Positions 35,941-49,659 of a stretch of DNA of 64,000 nucleotides are shown here, in pieces. The position numbers were made by a program, and so were the translations under genes. This stretch comes from Chiloscyllium plagiosum (lineage: Eukaryota). Where the stretch lies: NCBI RefSeq assembly GCF_004010195.1, contig NC_057755.1, positions 12,084,966-12,148,965 on the forward strand, read 5' to 3'. The notes under the pieces are model-generated. The model saw only the letters and a list, made by a program, of their open reading frames with translations, was not told the DNA's origin and searched no databases. Each line of letters opens with the position of its first letter. Positions within the stretch are counted from its first letter, which is position 1.

Positions 35941-38690
35941 TTGGATAAAGGGGTTGTCTGTATTGGAGTCAAATTTATTGATAATACGAAGGAATGCAAG
36001 TTGGTGGGAGAATACATTGAGTCTGTAAAGAGGTACAGAAAGGAGAATGGAAAGGCAGCATATTATTTAAAAGGAGAAAAAACTGCAGATGAATATGGGT
36101 GTCCTTATACATGAAGAATAGAGGATAGAATGCAGGTACAGCATAGAGCTTTTGATTACTCATCCTGTGATGTTACCACTCTGTCACTGCCTCCTCTTCC
36201 TTTCTCTCTTCCTGTTTTTTCTCTCTCTTCTTGCTGTGATCCTTAATGTTTTGGCCTCAACAGAGAATTTTATAATCTCACCATACTCTGGGTGAAGAAA
36301 TTTCTCCTCGGTTTAGCCCCAAATGGTCTACCCTGTATGTTTAAACTGTGACCACTCCCCAATCATTGAGAACATTCTTCCCACATTTAGCCTGTCCAGT
36401 CCCATTAGAATTTTATAGGTTCCTAGGATATTTGCCCCTCATTTTCTAAATTCCAGTGAACATAGTCCTACTGATCTAGTGTCTCAAAATGACATACGAG
36501 TACTTGTTTAATCATTGCATTAATATGTTCTTCCTCTTTACAGACAGAGTGAAGGGTGAAATTAGAAATCATAAAATTAAAACATTTAGGAGCAGGCATA
36601 GCCCTTTCAGCCCCTTCAACCTGTCCTGCTACTCAAAAAGTTCACAGCTGATGTGAATGTGACCTGAACTCCACTTCTGCAGGGTCCCCATTATCTATGA
36701 CTCCCTTGTTGATCAGAAATCTGTCTCACTCAGTCTTGAACATCTCTAATAATTCAGCCTCCACAGCTCGCTGAGGAAGAGAACTCCAAAAATTGATGAC
36801 CCTCTGGGAGAGCAAATTCATTCTCAGTCATTCAATGGGGGACCCCCTTATTTTTAAACTGTTCCCCTTCATTCTAGATATCTCATGAGGATTATTCCCC
36901 CTCAGTATGTACCCTGTCATCAACCTCCTTATCAGTTTCTTATCATTTTCAATACGATCACCTTTCTAAACATCAATCAGCATTGGCTCAATTTTTTCTA
37001 ATTCAACTATCTCTTCATCTTGTGAACCTTCTCTGAGCTGCATCTGATAAAGGCATATCCCTCCTTACATAGGGAGACCAAAACTGAACACAGTGTCACA
37101 GATGTCGTCTGTCAGGGTCCCAGGTTCGATTCCAGCCTCAGGCGACTGTCTGTTGGAGTTTGCACGTTCTCCCTGTGTCTGCGTGGGTTTCATCCAGGTG
37201 GTCCGGTTTCCTCCCACCGTCCAAAGATGTGCAGGTTAGGTGAATTGGACATGCTAAATTGCCCGTAGTATTAGTCAGAGGGAAATGGGTCTAGGCAGGT
37301 TACTCTTTGGAGAGTCAGTGTGGACTGGTTGGGCCGAAGGGTCTGTTTCCACACTATTGGGAATCTAATTTTATACTCCAAAACCCTTACAATAAGGGTT
37401 CTATTTGCCTTCCTAATTATCTGCTGTACGTGCATTCTATCCTCTGTTCTTCATGTATAAGGACACCCACATCCTTCTGATTTGTAACATTCGGCGGTTT
37501 TTCTCCTTTTAAATAATATTCTCCTTTTCTATTCTCCTGTCTGTACCTCTACGGATTGTGTATTCTCCCACCAACTTGCTTTCCTACCTATCTTTTTATT
37601 ATCAGTAAATTTGACTCCAACACAATCAGCCCCTTTATCTAAGCCTTCTTTATTATTTATGATTAGCAAATGTTATAAATTCTATGTTTTAGGAATATAA
37701 GTTTTAGTTTGGGAATTTTTTTTAGAATGTAAGATAAATTAATTTACATGGGACCTTTCTAGGCTGTAGGGAATTTTGGAAGATTACAACTGAGGCATTT
37801 GTTAATATCCTAAGATGCAAGTCACCAGATTTGGGGAATTGACAGATTTCAGTCATTAGTTTTCTGAATAACTTGTTGATTGTGATTGTTTTTTACGTTC
37901 CTCTCTCCCTTTTGAACTTTGTAATCCTAAGATCTTTGGAGTGTTTCTAGTAACTTTGACAATGAAGACAGCTACAAAATATTCATTCAAAGCCTTTGCC
38001 ATTTTTTTGTTTCCAATGCTTAATTCCCCAATCATATCCTTTAACACACTTCAGCTATATGTTTGCTTTTTATAGAATATAGTACATTTCTTGCTAATAT
38101 TAATATTTCTTGATAGTTTTTCTTATACTCCAATACTGGCATTTTTAAAAGTTATTTACTGGTTTCTAAAATTTTCCCAACCTTCTGGGCAACTAATATT
38201 TGCAAAACTCTACATCTTTTCACTTAATTTCATTCTGTCCTGAACTTCCTTAGTTAGTGGGAAGAATTAAAAAAAACACATTATCTAAATGGAGAAAGGT
38301 TGCAGAGCTCAGAGCTGCAGAGACATCTGAGATCCTCGTGTATGAATCACTAAAGGTTAGTGTGCAGGTCCAACAAGTAATTAGGAAAGCAACTGGGAAT
38401 TAAATACAAAAGAATACATCGGTTAGACCTCATCTGGATGATTGTGTACAGCATCAATCACCTTATTTAAGGAGGGATATAAATGCATTGAAAGCAGTTT
38501 TTGGAATTCTCTTTCTGAAAAGAGTCCTTGAATATTTTTAAGGCACAGATGGATAGATCCTTGTTAAGCAAGGGGTGGATGGTCCTCTAGGGTAGGTAGG
38601 GGTGTGGATTTGAGATTATAATCAGATCAATCATGATCATATTGATAGTAGAGCAGGCTTAAGGTTGAATGGCTTACACCTGCTCCTAAT
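35941..38690. mobile_element. Cluster of old CR1 fragments on both strands, with HE1 at 37113-37370 (+)
   Basis: Recurrent CR1 RT and 3' motifs. Confidence 0.65.
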
Positions 38691-38842
38691 TCATATATTT
38701 TTAAGTTACCCAAGGAAGGTATATCCTTCCTATAAAACCTTCCTTCCCCAATGGAATTTTTTAAATTGAAAATTATCAAGATGAACCTTTCCTTTCAGGG
38801 CAAATTAAACACTGATGTTGGTATGTTACCATTCACTCTGAG

Positions 38843-40920
38843 TGCAAAGGCTGTGTGTCAAACCTGAGAGAATGGGTGAGATTCTGAATGATTACTTTGC
38901 ATCAGTGTTCACTGAGGAAAGGAACATGATGAATGTTGAAATTAGAGATAGAAGTTTGATTACTCTGGATCATGTTGACATAAGTAGGGAAGATGTGTTG
39001 GGTAGGCTAGATGTTATTAAGGTGGACAATTCCCAGGACCAGATGGGATCTATCTCAGGTTGCTGAGGGAGGCAAGAGAGGAAATAGCTGGGGCCCTGAC
39101 AGATATCTTTGTGGCATCCTCAAATACAAGTGAGGTGCCAGAGGACTGGAATGTTGTCCCCCTGTACAAGAAGGGTAGTAGGGATATTCCGGGTAACTAC
39201 AGACCAGTGAGCCTGACGTCGGTGGTGGGAAAGTTGTTGGATAAGGTAGTGAGGGATAAGATCTATTTATGTTTAGAAAAGAATAGGCTTATCAGTGATA
39301 GGCAACATGGTTGTGTGCGGGGGAGATCATGCCTTACCAACTTAACAGAGTTCTTTGAGGAAGTGACCAAGTTGTTCGATGAAGGAAGGGCTGTTGATGT
39401 CATATATGTGGATTTTAGTAAGGCGTTTGATAAGGTTCCCCATGGTAGACGATTGGAGAAAGTGAAGTCATATGGTGTGCAGGGTGTTCTAGCTAGGTGG
39501 ATAAAGAACTGGTTGAGCAACAGGAGACAGAGAGTAGTAGTTGAAGGGAGTTTCTCGAAATGGAGAAAGGTGACCAGTGGTGTTCCGCAGGGGTCAGTGT
39601 TGGGGCCACTGTTGTTTGTAATATAAATAAATGATCTGGAAGAGGGCACTGTTGGTATGATCAGCAAGTTTACGGGTGACACAAAGATTGGTGGAGTAGC
39701 AGAATGCATAAGGGACTATCAGAGAATACAGGAGGATATAGGCAGACTGGAGAGTTGGGCGGAAAAGTGGCAGATGGTTTTCAATCCAGGCAAATGCGAG
39801 ATGATGCATTTAGGCAAGACTAATTCTGGAGCGAATTATACAATGAATAGAAGAGCCTTGGGAAAAGTTGATAGGCAGAGAGATCTGGGAGTGCAGGTCC
39901 ATTGTACCCTGAAGGTTGCTGCACAGGTGGATAGAGTGGTCAAGAAGGCATATAGTATGCTTGTCTTCATTGGACGGGGTGTTGAGTATAAGAACTGACA
40001 AGTCATGTTAAAATTGTGCAAGACATTGGTTCGGCCACATTTAGAATTCTGTGTATAGTTCTGGTCGCCACATTATCAAAAGGGTGTGGATGCTTTGGAA
40101 AGGGTGCAGAGAAGGTTTACGAGGATCTTTCCTGGTATGGAAGGTGCTAGCTATGAAGAAAGTTAGGTAGGTTAGGTTTATTTTCATTAGAGAAAATGAG
40201 ATTGAGGGGGGACCTGATTGAAGTTTACAAAATCATGAATGGTATAGATAGGGTGGATAGAGTCAAGCTTTTTCCCAGGATGAAGAATTCAGTAACGAGT
40301 GATCATACTTTCAAGGTGAGAGGTGGAAAGTTTAAGGGGGATACACGCAGCAAGTACTTCACACAGAGGGTGGTGGGCGTTTGATTAGATTAGATTACTT
40401 TACAGTGTGGAAACAGGCCCTTCGGCCCAACAAGTCCACACCGACCCGCCGAAGCGCAACCCACCCATACCCCTACATTTACCCCTTACCTAACACTACG
40501 GACAATTTAACATGGCCAATTCACCTGACCTGCACATCTTTGGACTGTGGGAGGAAACCGGAGCACCCGGAGGAAACCCACGCAGACACGGGGAGAATGT
40601 GCAAACTCCACACAGTCAGTCGCCTGAGGCGGGAATTGAACCCGGGTCTCTGGCGCTGCGAGGCAGCAGTGCTAACCACTGTGCCACCGTGCCGCCCACT
40701 GACGGAACACATTGCCAGCAGAGGTGGTAGAGGCAGGCACGGTAGATTCATTTAAGATGTATCTGAATAAATGCATGAGTAGGTGGGGAGCAGAGGGATA
40801 CAGATGCTTAGGAATTGACCTACAGGTTTAGACAGTAGATTTGGATTGGTTCAGGCTTACAGGGCTGAAGGGCCTGTTCCTGGGCTGTAAGTTTTCTTTG
40901 TTCTTTGTTCTTTTGTTCTA
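38843..40920 (+). mobile_element. Well-preserved 5'-truncated CR1/HER1 LINE (RT domain) with HE1 inserted at 40382-40698 (-)
   Basis: GNYRPVSLTSVVGK, SCLTNLTEFF, DFSKAFDKVPH, SGVPQGSVLGPLLF, RLRGDLIEVYKIM; tail ttctttgttctttgttc. Confidence 0.95.
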
Positions 40921-41019
40921 AGTAGCTGTGGTAGCATGTGCTGTTTACCTATATGGTGTAGCTGAGGTTCTGGACAATGATGCTAGGGTCTCCAAATTCT
41001 TTTCATCACCAGATGACCT

Positions 41020-41870
41020 GGAATCACACAACATCAAGTTATAGTTCAACAAGTGGGTGGCATGGTGGCTCACTGGTTAACACTGCTACCTCACAGCACC
41101 AGGGACCTGGGTTTGATTCCCACCTCGGGCGACTGAATGTGTGGAGTTTGCACATTCTCCCGTGCCTGTGTGGGTTTCCTCCGTGTGCTCTGGTTTCCTC
41201 CCACAATCCAAAGATGTGCAGGTTAGGTGAATTGGCCATGCTAAACTGCCCATAGTGTTAGGTGAATTAGTCAGGTGCAAATATAGGGTAGGGGAATGGG
41301 TCTGGGTGGGTTACTCTTCGGAGGGTCAGTGTGGACTTGTTGTGCCGCAGGGCCTGTTTTGACACTGTAGGAATCTAATCTAAAGTTTATTTGGAAGCAC
41401 TAGCTTTCAGAGCGCTTCTCCTTCATCAGGTGATTTTGGAGTTTAAGATCATGCTCACAAAATTTATAGGCAAAGGAGTCTAGTGCCATGGAGATGTGAT
41501 ACAGTATGCGGTCTTAGATTAAAACTTTCATCTTTTATAATGGGATATACTTTACATATCAAAGAATATTTACATATTCTTTGATATGTAAATACTAGAA
41601 CTTCTTTTAAATTACATGCTCAGCTTTCTTTTTCTTATAGATATTTTTATTAGAAATTTAACATTTTTACAAGTTTACAAAAATAAACAAAACTCTCAGA
41701 TATAAACATTGATATACAATTAGCATGCTCAGCTTTCTGAACAATAGATGTGAAATCTGTTTGTGTCCCAAAGCTCTGTCAGACTGATAAACCCTCTATA
41801 GTTTTACAGAGTTTTACATGGACTCATGCAGTTGTTGAGCAAAATAAAAAGTAATTCTGCAACACTGCAA
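41020..41870 (-). mobile_element. Penelope family B pLTR split by HE1 (41054-41384, +) and a 94-bp LINE tail (41630-41723)
   Basis: aatcacacaacatcaagttatag...gtttatttggaagcactagc; hammerhead on minus strand ~41400-41430; TSD catgctcagctttct at 41615-41629 and 41724-41738. Confidence 0.8.
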
Positions 41871-42544
41871 CAAGTGTAACGCTGGTGAAACCAGAGCCAG
41901 GCTATTTGTATGTTAACAGCATAAACCCAGCAGTTTGATGTGACAGTTTGATAAATGTACCAGAATGGGTGATGACTAAACAACATCCCATTATACACTG
42001 TGACCACATCCAGGGCCGGTGTGTCAGTCCAAACAATGTCTTGCACAATCCATATTGACAGTTACACTCTCAATTCTGTATATGGTTCTCTTTTTAGAAT
42101 ATAAAAATACACATCAGAAATATTCCTAGCATGTCCAATTCCTACGACACAGAAGATAGGTTGTCAGTTATAGTTTGTCATTTGCTGGATGTTTTCCACA
42201 TGAATTCCTGTCTGTGTCTGGCTGTGCAATGAAATGATCTTTGTCTTACAGACAGTGTTCAACTGAACATAAAAAGCACACTATTTTTCTCTGGGTTTGC
42301 TTGTGGAATAATCTTTACATGATTGAGAAAAGTCCACCATTTGACAGAATTACACTCTTCCAATCTTTTACCTGACCTCCTCCCGGGATTAGGAGGCTAG
42401 AAATCAGACCCAATGCCAATCTGCCTGGTGTTAAGTAATGTAGAGAAGCAAATGTCTTGTCCACAGTGTGCAGTCTGTGGGCCTCCGTTGCAATGAACCA
42501 TCTTCCAATTATCACCTGTGTTGCAGGAGTCAGTGGTACAGTAT

Positions 42545-44320
42545 CGCTGGCTGGGCCAGTGTTTAATGCCTGTCACTAACTGCCCTTGAGAAAGTGGTGG
42601 TGAGCTGCATTCTTGAACTGCTGAAATCCACATGCTGTGGGTTGATCCACAATGCCTGTAAGGAGGGAATTCTAGGATTTTGACCCAGTGACAATGAAGG
42701 AACAGTGATTTTTTTTTCCCAAATAAGGATAGTGAGTGCTTTGAAGGCAAACTTGCAGCTGCTGGTGTTCCTAGGTATCTGCTGTTGACATGGGTTTGGA
42801 AGGTGCTGTTGAAGGATCTTTAGTGAATTTCTGTAGCACTTCTTATCGATGATACTTCTGCTTCTGAGTGTTGGTGGTGGAGGGAGTGGATGTTGTGCCA
42901 GTCAAGCAATCTGCTTTGTTTTGGGTGGTGTTGAGCTTTGAGTGTTGTTGGAACTGCATTCATCAATGCAAGTGGGGAATATTCCATCATATTCCTGACT
43001 TGTGCCTTATAAGTCCATAAGCCCATAAGACATAGGAGCAGAAATTACACCATTTAGTTTATTGAGTCTGCTCCACCATTCAATCATGACTGGTAGGTTT
43101 TTCAACCCCATTTTCCAGCTTTCTCCCCATAACCTTTGATCCCCTTGGCAATCAAGAACTTAACTATCTCTGTTTGAAATGTACTTAATGATCTGGCCTC
43201 CACAGCCTTCTATGACAATGAATTCCACAGATTCACCACTCTCTGGCTAAAGGAATTTCTCATTATCTCCGCTCTAAAAAGTCTTCTTTTACTCTAGGTC
43301 TATGCCATCGTCTCTCCTGCCAATGGAAACATTTCCCCAGTGTTCACTCTGTTCCAGACCGTTCAGTATTCTGAAAGTTTCAATCGATCCACCCCTCAGC
43401 TTTCTAATCTCCATCGAGTATAGTCCCAGAGTCCTTAAACATTCCTAATATGCAAAGCCTTTCATTCCTGGGATCATTCTCATGAACCTCCTCTGAACCT
43501 GCTCCAGGGTCAATACGTCTTTCCTGAAGCATGGAGCCCAAGATTGCTCAAAATTCTCTAAATGTGGTCAGACCAGAGCCTTATAAAACCTCAGAAGTGC
43601 ATGCTTGCTTTTATATTCTAGTCCTTTCGAGATGAATGGCAACATTATATTTGCCTACCAAACTATTGACTAAACCTGGACTAGGACTCCCAAGTCACTT
43701 TGCACTTCAGTCTTTTGAAAATTTAGAAAATAGTCCATGCCTCTATTCTTCCTATCAAAGTGCATTACCTCACACTTTCCCACATTGCATTTCATCTGCC
43801 ACTTCTTTGGCCACTCTCCGAACCTGTCTAAATCTTTCTGCAGCCTCCCTGCCACCTAAATACTACCTGCCCCTCCAGCTATCTTTGTATCATCTGCAAA
43901 CTTTGCCAGAATGCCCTCAGTTCCTTTATCCAGATCATTAATGTCAAAAGTGAAATGTTGTGGTCCCAACATCGACCCTTGTGGAACACCACTAGTCACT
44001 GGATTCCCTCCTCAGAAAGACCCTTTTATCCCCACTCTTTACCTTTGCCAGGCAGCCAATCTTCTATGCATGCCTTGTGGATGATGGATAAGCTTTGTGG
44101 AATCAGAAGCTGAGTTACTCACTTCTGACCTGCTGAGGTAGGCACTGTGTTTATATAGCAAATCCTGTTGAGTTTCGTGTCACTGGTAACCTGAAGCATG
44201 TTGATAGAGGGGGTTTCAAAAATGGTAACACCCCATCCAATGTCGTGGGGCGATGGTTATTGGAGATGGTCATTGCCTGGTATTTGTGTGGCTTGGATGT
44301 TACTTGCCAGTTGTCAGCCA
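42545..44320 (-). mobile_element. LINE family B 3' fragment with nested CR1 (43015-44070)
   Basis: YKAQVRNMMEYSPLA; WQVTSKPHKYQAMTISN; nested WQMKCNVGKCEVMHF. Confidence 0.8.
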
Positions 44321-44329
44321 GTAACTGAT

Positions 44330-44880
44330 TTGTGATCCTTTTGTGCTGTATGTATTCATGCAATCTGGTTTATGCTGCTTGTTTAGCAATGAGTGATCTA
44401 ATATGATCTAAAATGTATTATGTATATGTATATGAGTGCATTTATGCATAATCTGATATATGTTGTCCCTTAACGTATGAGTGTATATATGTGTGATCTA
44501 GTATGTGCTGTGTATACATGAGTGTGTATATGTGCAATCCAGTGTGTGTTATGTATACATATGTGGCTGTATGTATCTGTGATCTCATATGTGTTGTGTG
44601 TATATTTTTGTGAATGAGCATATGTATGACTCAGTATTGTGTATGTGATCTTGTATGTGCTGTGTGTACAACTGCATGTGCATTTGTTATCCAGCTTTTG
44701 CTTTTTATACATATGTCAGCATGTATATGTGATCCATTCTGCACTATGTATAAGTTTTTGAGCATGTATATGTGTGATTTGGTATGTAACGTGAATAGAT
44801 AATTGTGTGCATATATATGAAATCTAGAGTGTGGTATGTATCTGGATGGACATGAATGATTCAAGATGTGTTGTGTTTAT
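44330..44880. repeat. Degenerate TG/TA-rich minisatellite
   Basis: Recurrent atatgtgtgatct..tatgtg.tgtgt units. Confidence 0.7.
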
Positions 44881-44882
44881 AT

Positions 44883-45585
44883 CAAAGAACAAAGAACAAA
44901 CAGCAAAGAAAGTTTACAGCCCAGGAACAGGACCTTCAGCCCTCAAAGCCTGAGCCAATCCAAATCCATTGTCTAAACGTGTTGCCCATTTGCTAAGCAT
45001 CTGTATCCCTCTGCTCCCCATTTACTCACGCATCTATCCAGACGCATCTTAAATGAATCTACCGTGCCTGCCTCTACCACCTGCAACATGTTCCAAACGC
45101 CCACCACCCTCTGTGTGAAGTACTTGCCGCGTGTATCCCCCTTAAACTTTCCACTCTCACCTTGAAAGAGTGACCTTCACCCTGGGAAAAAGTTTGTCTC
45201 TATCCACCCTGTCTATACCCTTCATGATTTTGTAAACCTCAATCAGGTCCCCCCTCAATCTCCTTTTTTCTAATGAAAACAAACCTAACCTATTCAATCT
45301 ATCTTCACAGCTAGCACCTCCAATACCAGGCAACATCCTCGTAAACCTTCTCTGCATCCTCTCCAAAGCATTCACGTCCTTTTGGTAATGTGGCAACCAG
45401 AACTGTACACAGTATTCTAAAAGCGGCCGAACCAATGTCTTGTACAATGTTAACATGATTTGCCAACTCTTATACTCAATACCCCGTCCAATGAAGGCAA
45501 GCATACTTCTTGACCGCTCTATCCACCTGTGTACCTTCAAGGTACAATGGACTTGCATGCCCAGATCTCTCTGCCCATCAACTTA
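44883..45585 (-). mobile_element. CR1/HER1 3' end, same subfamily as 38843
   Basis: LYKTLVRPLLEYCVQFW, RRLRGDLIEVYKIM; aaagaac tail. Confidence 0.92.
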
Positions 45586-45589
45586 ATCT

Positions 45590-46035
45590 ACATGCATCCA
45601 CTCCCTCCACCACTGACACTCAGTAGCAGCAGTGTGTACTATCTATAAAATGCCCTGCAGAAATTGACCAAAGATCCTCAGACACCCCCTTCCAGACCAC
45701 ATCCATCTAGAAGGACAAGGGCAGCAGATATATGGGAACATCACCACCTTCAAGTAGCCCTCCAAGCCATTCATTATGCTAACTTGGAAATATATTGCTG
45801 TCCCTTCACTGTCACTGGGTCAAAATCCTGGAATTCCCTCCCTGCTGACCTATTGTGGGTCAATCCACAGCATATGGATCACAGCGTATAGACCAAAGCA
45901 TATGGACTACAGCGTATGGACTACAGGGTATGGACTACAGCGGTTGAAGAAGGCAGCTTACCTTCTCAAGGGCAACCAAGGATGGGCAATAAATGCTGGC
46001 CAGCCAACGATGCCCAGATTCAATTAAAAATAATG
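45590..46035 (+). mobile_element. LINE family B 3' end with short internal tandem (tatggactacag)
   Basis: gtcactgggtcaaaatcctggaattccctcc...gggcaataaatgctggcc. Confidence 0.8.
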
Positions 46036-46049
46036 AATAAATGAAAAGA

Positions 46050-46468
46050 ACTATTACTAATTAAATATTCCAATATACTAACATCCCATAAACACACCCT
46101 TTAGCAAAAATCAGCAAATGCAGGCACAGATTCTCATGCTGTTCTGCAGTTCAGGAGGAGAAAGACATCAAGAGAAAATTCCAAAAGAGTAACAGCCAAG
46201 AGACATTCATTGAAGCTTCCAACTCTTTTGAGACCCTCAATAGTTTCTAAGTAAAGCTGAACCTAACAACTGAAAAAAGCTAGGAAGCCTGGTGTGTGAA
46301 ATCTGGCCACACCCACACTGCTTCCATTGCTCCAACTTTAAGGATAACACCAAGGCCTCACCAGCTATTTACTCAAGTGGTCTTCAGGATGGGCACTTCT
46401 GCCATACAACCTCTCTTTAAAAAAAACCAAGACAAAATGACTTCTTGAAAGCCATACTATCGCCACAA
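46050..46468. repeat. Possible LTR remnant
   Basis: Non-LINE sequence ending ...gccatactatcgccaca; recalled resemblance to shark gypsy LTRs only, no partner in window. Confidence 0.3.
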
Positions 46469-46539
46469 CTAGTTGTTGCATATAAGAATCTGAAGTGCTC
46501 ATCTCTTCTGTAGTTTAAGTCCATTGTTGCTATGAGCTT

Positions 46540-48240
46540 ATTAAGTGAACTCACATGGTATCAGGGGTAAGCTGGCAAGATGGATACAGAACTGGCTTAG
46601 CAATAGGATTATTTGAAAGTGCTAGCTTTTGGAGCACTGCTCAGGTAACTAGTGGGGCAAGATCATAAGACACAGAACTTATAGCAAAAGATCATAGTGC
46701 CATGCAACTGATAGGATATATTGAACAAACCTAGATTGTTGTTGTCTTTCACCTTTACGAATAGGTTGCAGATATTAATTCATTAATATGTAAATCCAGA
46801 ACTTTTTTCAAGTCACATCCCAAGATAACTTAAGGTTTTATATTAAAAAAATGACATCTCAGCTCAGACAATAAAAAAAGGTATGAGGTTGGAATCTGTC
46901 CTTATTCCAATCTTGAATCAGACTGGTTAAATTTCCAAAGTAGAAATTTATAAATGTCACATGGATTGACTGCTTACATTGATTGTGTGCTTTTTGAACA
47001 AAGTAGAATGTATCTGTAAATACAATTCTGCAAAAACAAATTCACCCATAAACTTATATGTGGTGTGCATGCATGTAAGAGAGAGAGAGAGTGTATAAGT
47101 GTGTGTGTGTGTGTGTGTGGGGCAGGTGCCGGGGGTGGGGGGGGGTGCGGGGGGTGTGGAGAAGAGAGAAAGGGAGAAAGAGTGTGTGTGTGAGTGATAT
47201 GTGTGTGAGAGAGAGAGAGCAAGAGATAGTGGTGGAAAGATACTTTTTGGAATGGAAGGTTGTAAGTAGTGGTGTTCCACAACGATCAGTGCTGGGACCT
47301 CTGCTGGTTTCTGGTCGACTTAAATAAGTCAGAGGAAAATGTCGCTGCTCTAATTAATATGTTTGTGGACGATACAAAGATTGGTGGGGTTGTGGATAGT
47401 GAGGAGGATTGTCAGAAGATACATAAGTTGGAGGAATGGGAAGAAAATGGCAGATGGAGTTTAATCTGGACAAATGTGAAGTGATGCATTTTGGAAGGTC
47501 TGAAAATTCTATAGTGAATGGCAGAACCCTTAGAAGTATTGGTGTACAAAGGGATGTGTGTGTGCAGGTCCACAGATTGCTGAAGGTGGCAGTGCAGGTA
47601 GATAATTTAGTGAAAAAAGCCTATGACATGCTTGTCTTCATTCGAAGGGGCATTGATTATAAGGAAAGGCAAGTTATGCTGCAGCTTTATAGAACTTTAG
47701 TTAGGCCACACTTGGAATATTGCATACAGTTTTGGTCACCACACTACCAGGAGGTTCATAAGGTTACAGAAAAGGTTTACCAGGATGTTACCTAGTATGG
47801 GGAATTTTAGTAATGTAGATAAATTGGATAGAAGAAAAGGTCTGTTTTCACTGGAATGCAGAAGGTTGCAGGGCTACCTAATATAGATCGTGAATGACAT
47901 GGATAGAGTGAAAAGTAAGAGCTTTTTCCCAGAGTGGAGGGGTCAATTACTAGAGACACAGGTTCGAGGTGCAGGGAAAGAGGCTTAAAGGAGATGTGTG
48001 AGATAGGTTTTTCACAAAAATGGTGATGAGTGCCTGGAACACACTGCCAGAGAAGGTGGTGGAAGCAGACAGAACAGCAGCATTCAAGAAGCACCTGGGC
48101 AAGTTCATGAATAGGAAGGGAATAGGGGGATATGGATCCTGTAAGAGAAGACAGTATGGAAGAGCCAAATGTGTTTGCACAGGCTTGGAGGGCTGAAGGG
48201 CCTGTTCCTGTGCTGTACTGTACTGTTCTTTGTTCTATGT
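46540..48240 (+). mobile_element. CR1 RT/3' fragment with Penelope family B pLTR inserted (46607-47225, -)
   Basis: SGVPQRSVLGPLL, FVDDTKIGG, WQMEFNLDKCEVMHFG; insert carries tagcttttggagcactgctc and GT/GA repeats. Confidence 0.85.
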
Positions 48241-49659
48241 AGTATGGCTACTTGTGCCAGTAAATCAATGCCTATCCTGGGCATTTACATCTGAACTTAG
48301 TCTGTCTTACATTCACCAACTCCACCAACCTTTTTCTGTTATAGTTTTAATTCTAATGTTGTTTGTCTGTTTTGCAATCCATTTCCTGACTCATGTTTTA
48401 TCCTGCTTCGGCCTTGCTAACCCACTTGTAAATCTCCCCAACAGTATTTGTGAACAGCAGTTGTCCCAGCTGTCTTAACGTACATCCTTCCGAATCCCAG
48501 TGCGGGTCTGTATGGGGACATGAGAATTTGCGTGTGCGTTATTATTAAGTTCCAAAGTTTGTTGGAGTCCCTCTCACATCTCAGTATTTATCTGAGCGTT
48601 CCTTACAGTAAACACTTCCCTTGTTCTGAAGTGTGTGTGGCAGTTTGTATTGCTCCATAGATTAGCTCCATTACTTAAACGGACGATAATGATTTCGAAA
48701 TATAATGCGTTTCCAACAAAATTAATTTTCGCTTAAAACCAGACACTAGGGCAAGTCATCATTTACTGTGCAACTTCACTGCCAGGCTGAAGTGAGTCAG
48801 TAAACATTTCATTATTTTTAACGAATAGGATTTATTTATTTTTTAATTGGGGAGGCTAGGGGGATACCTAGAAGGGCATTTCATAACTTGCAACATTGTC
48901 TGATGTTTCCATTGCGTTACTGTTATTTCCTGCCCGCTCTGACGCACGGGGAGGTTGGCTTTGAGCTAAGTTCATACAGTTAGAACCAAAAACCCAGTCT
49001 TCACATCCCCGAGCTACAATCGCTGGTGTCGTGAGCACCATACGCCAATTCCAAGCAGGGAGTATTCGGACCAGTCTGTACAATGCACTGGATATTCACC
49101 CTGTGTTTGATCCTGTCGGCAGCCCTTTCTCTCCAGGGTAAGGAACCACCTGTTTTTCTTTGAATCTTATTTAAATTTAGTTGGGTAGTGATAACTTTTC
49201 CGCGGCTTAAATCCGTTTCCTTAAGGAATTCGTCATTCTAAGTAGCACATTTTTCTTTGGGAGAATTATTGCCACTGGAATTTCAGACTGAAATTTAAAT
49301 TAACGTGAAGTGCGTGGGTGGAAATGGCCCCATTAGAGGAAGGGGGTTGGGGCAGGGTTTGAGTGAAGATGAGGGACTTTCTCAGAATTCTGAGGACAGT
49401 GAGGGCTCCATGGATGGGCAGAGCACCAACTCTGCCACCCCTCATTGCCCAGGGAAAGGCAACCTTTCTCGTGTGACAGTCGCCGAGACAAGTTCCAACC
49501 CTGGCCAGACTCTCTGTCCAACTTCCTGTTCTCAGCAAAGACACTACTCACCCACACTGTCAGGATTTCTTACCCCATCACTCACTCTATGACAAAAAGT
49601 CCTTGCTTTTTGTACAAAATCACCTTCAATTAGTATCATCAAAATCTCCATGCTTCCAC

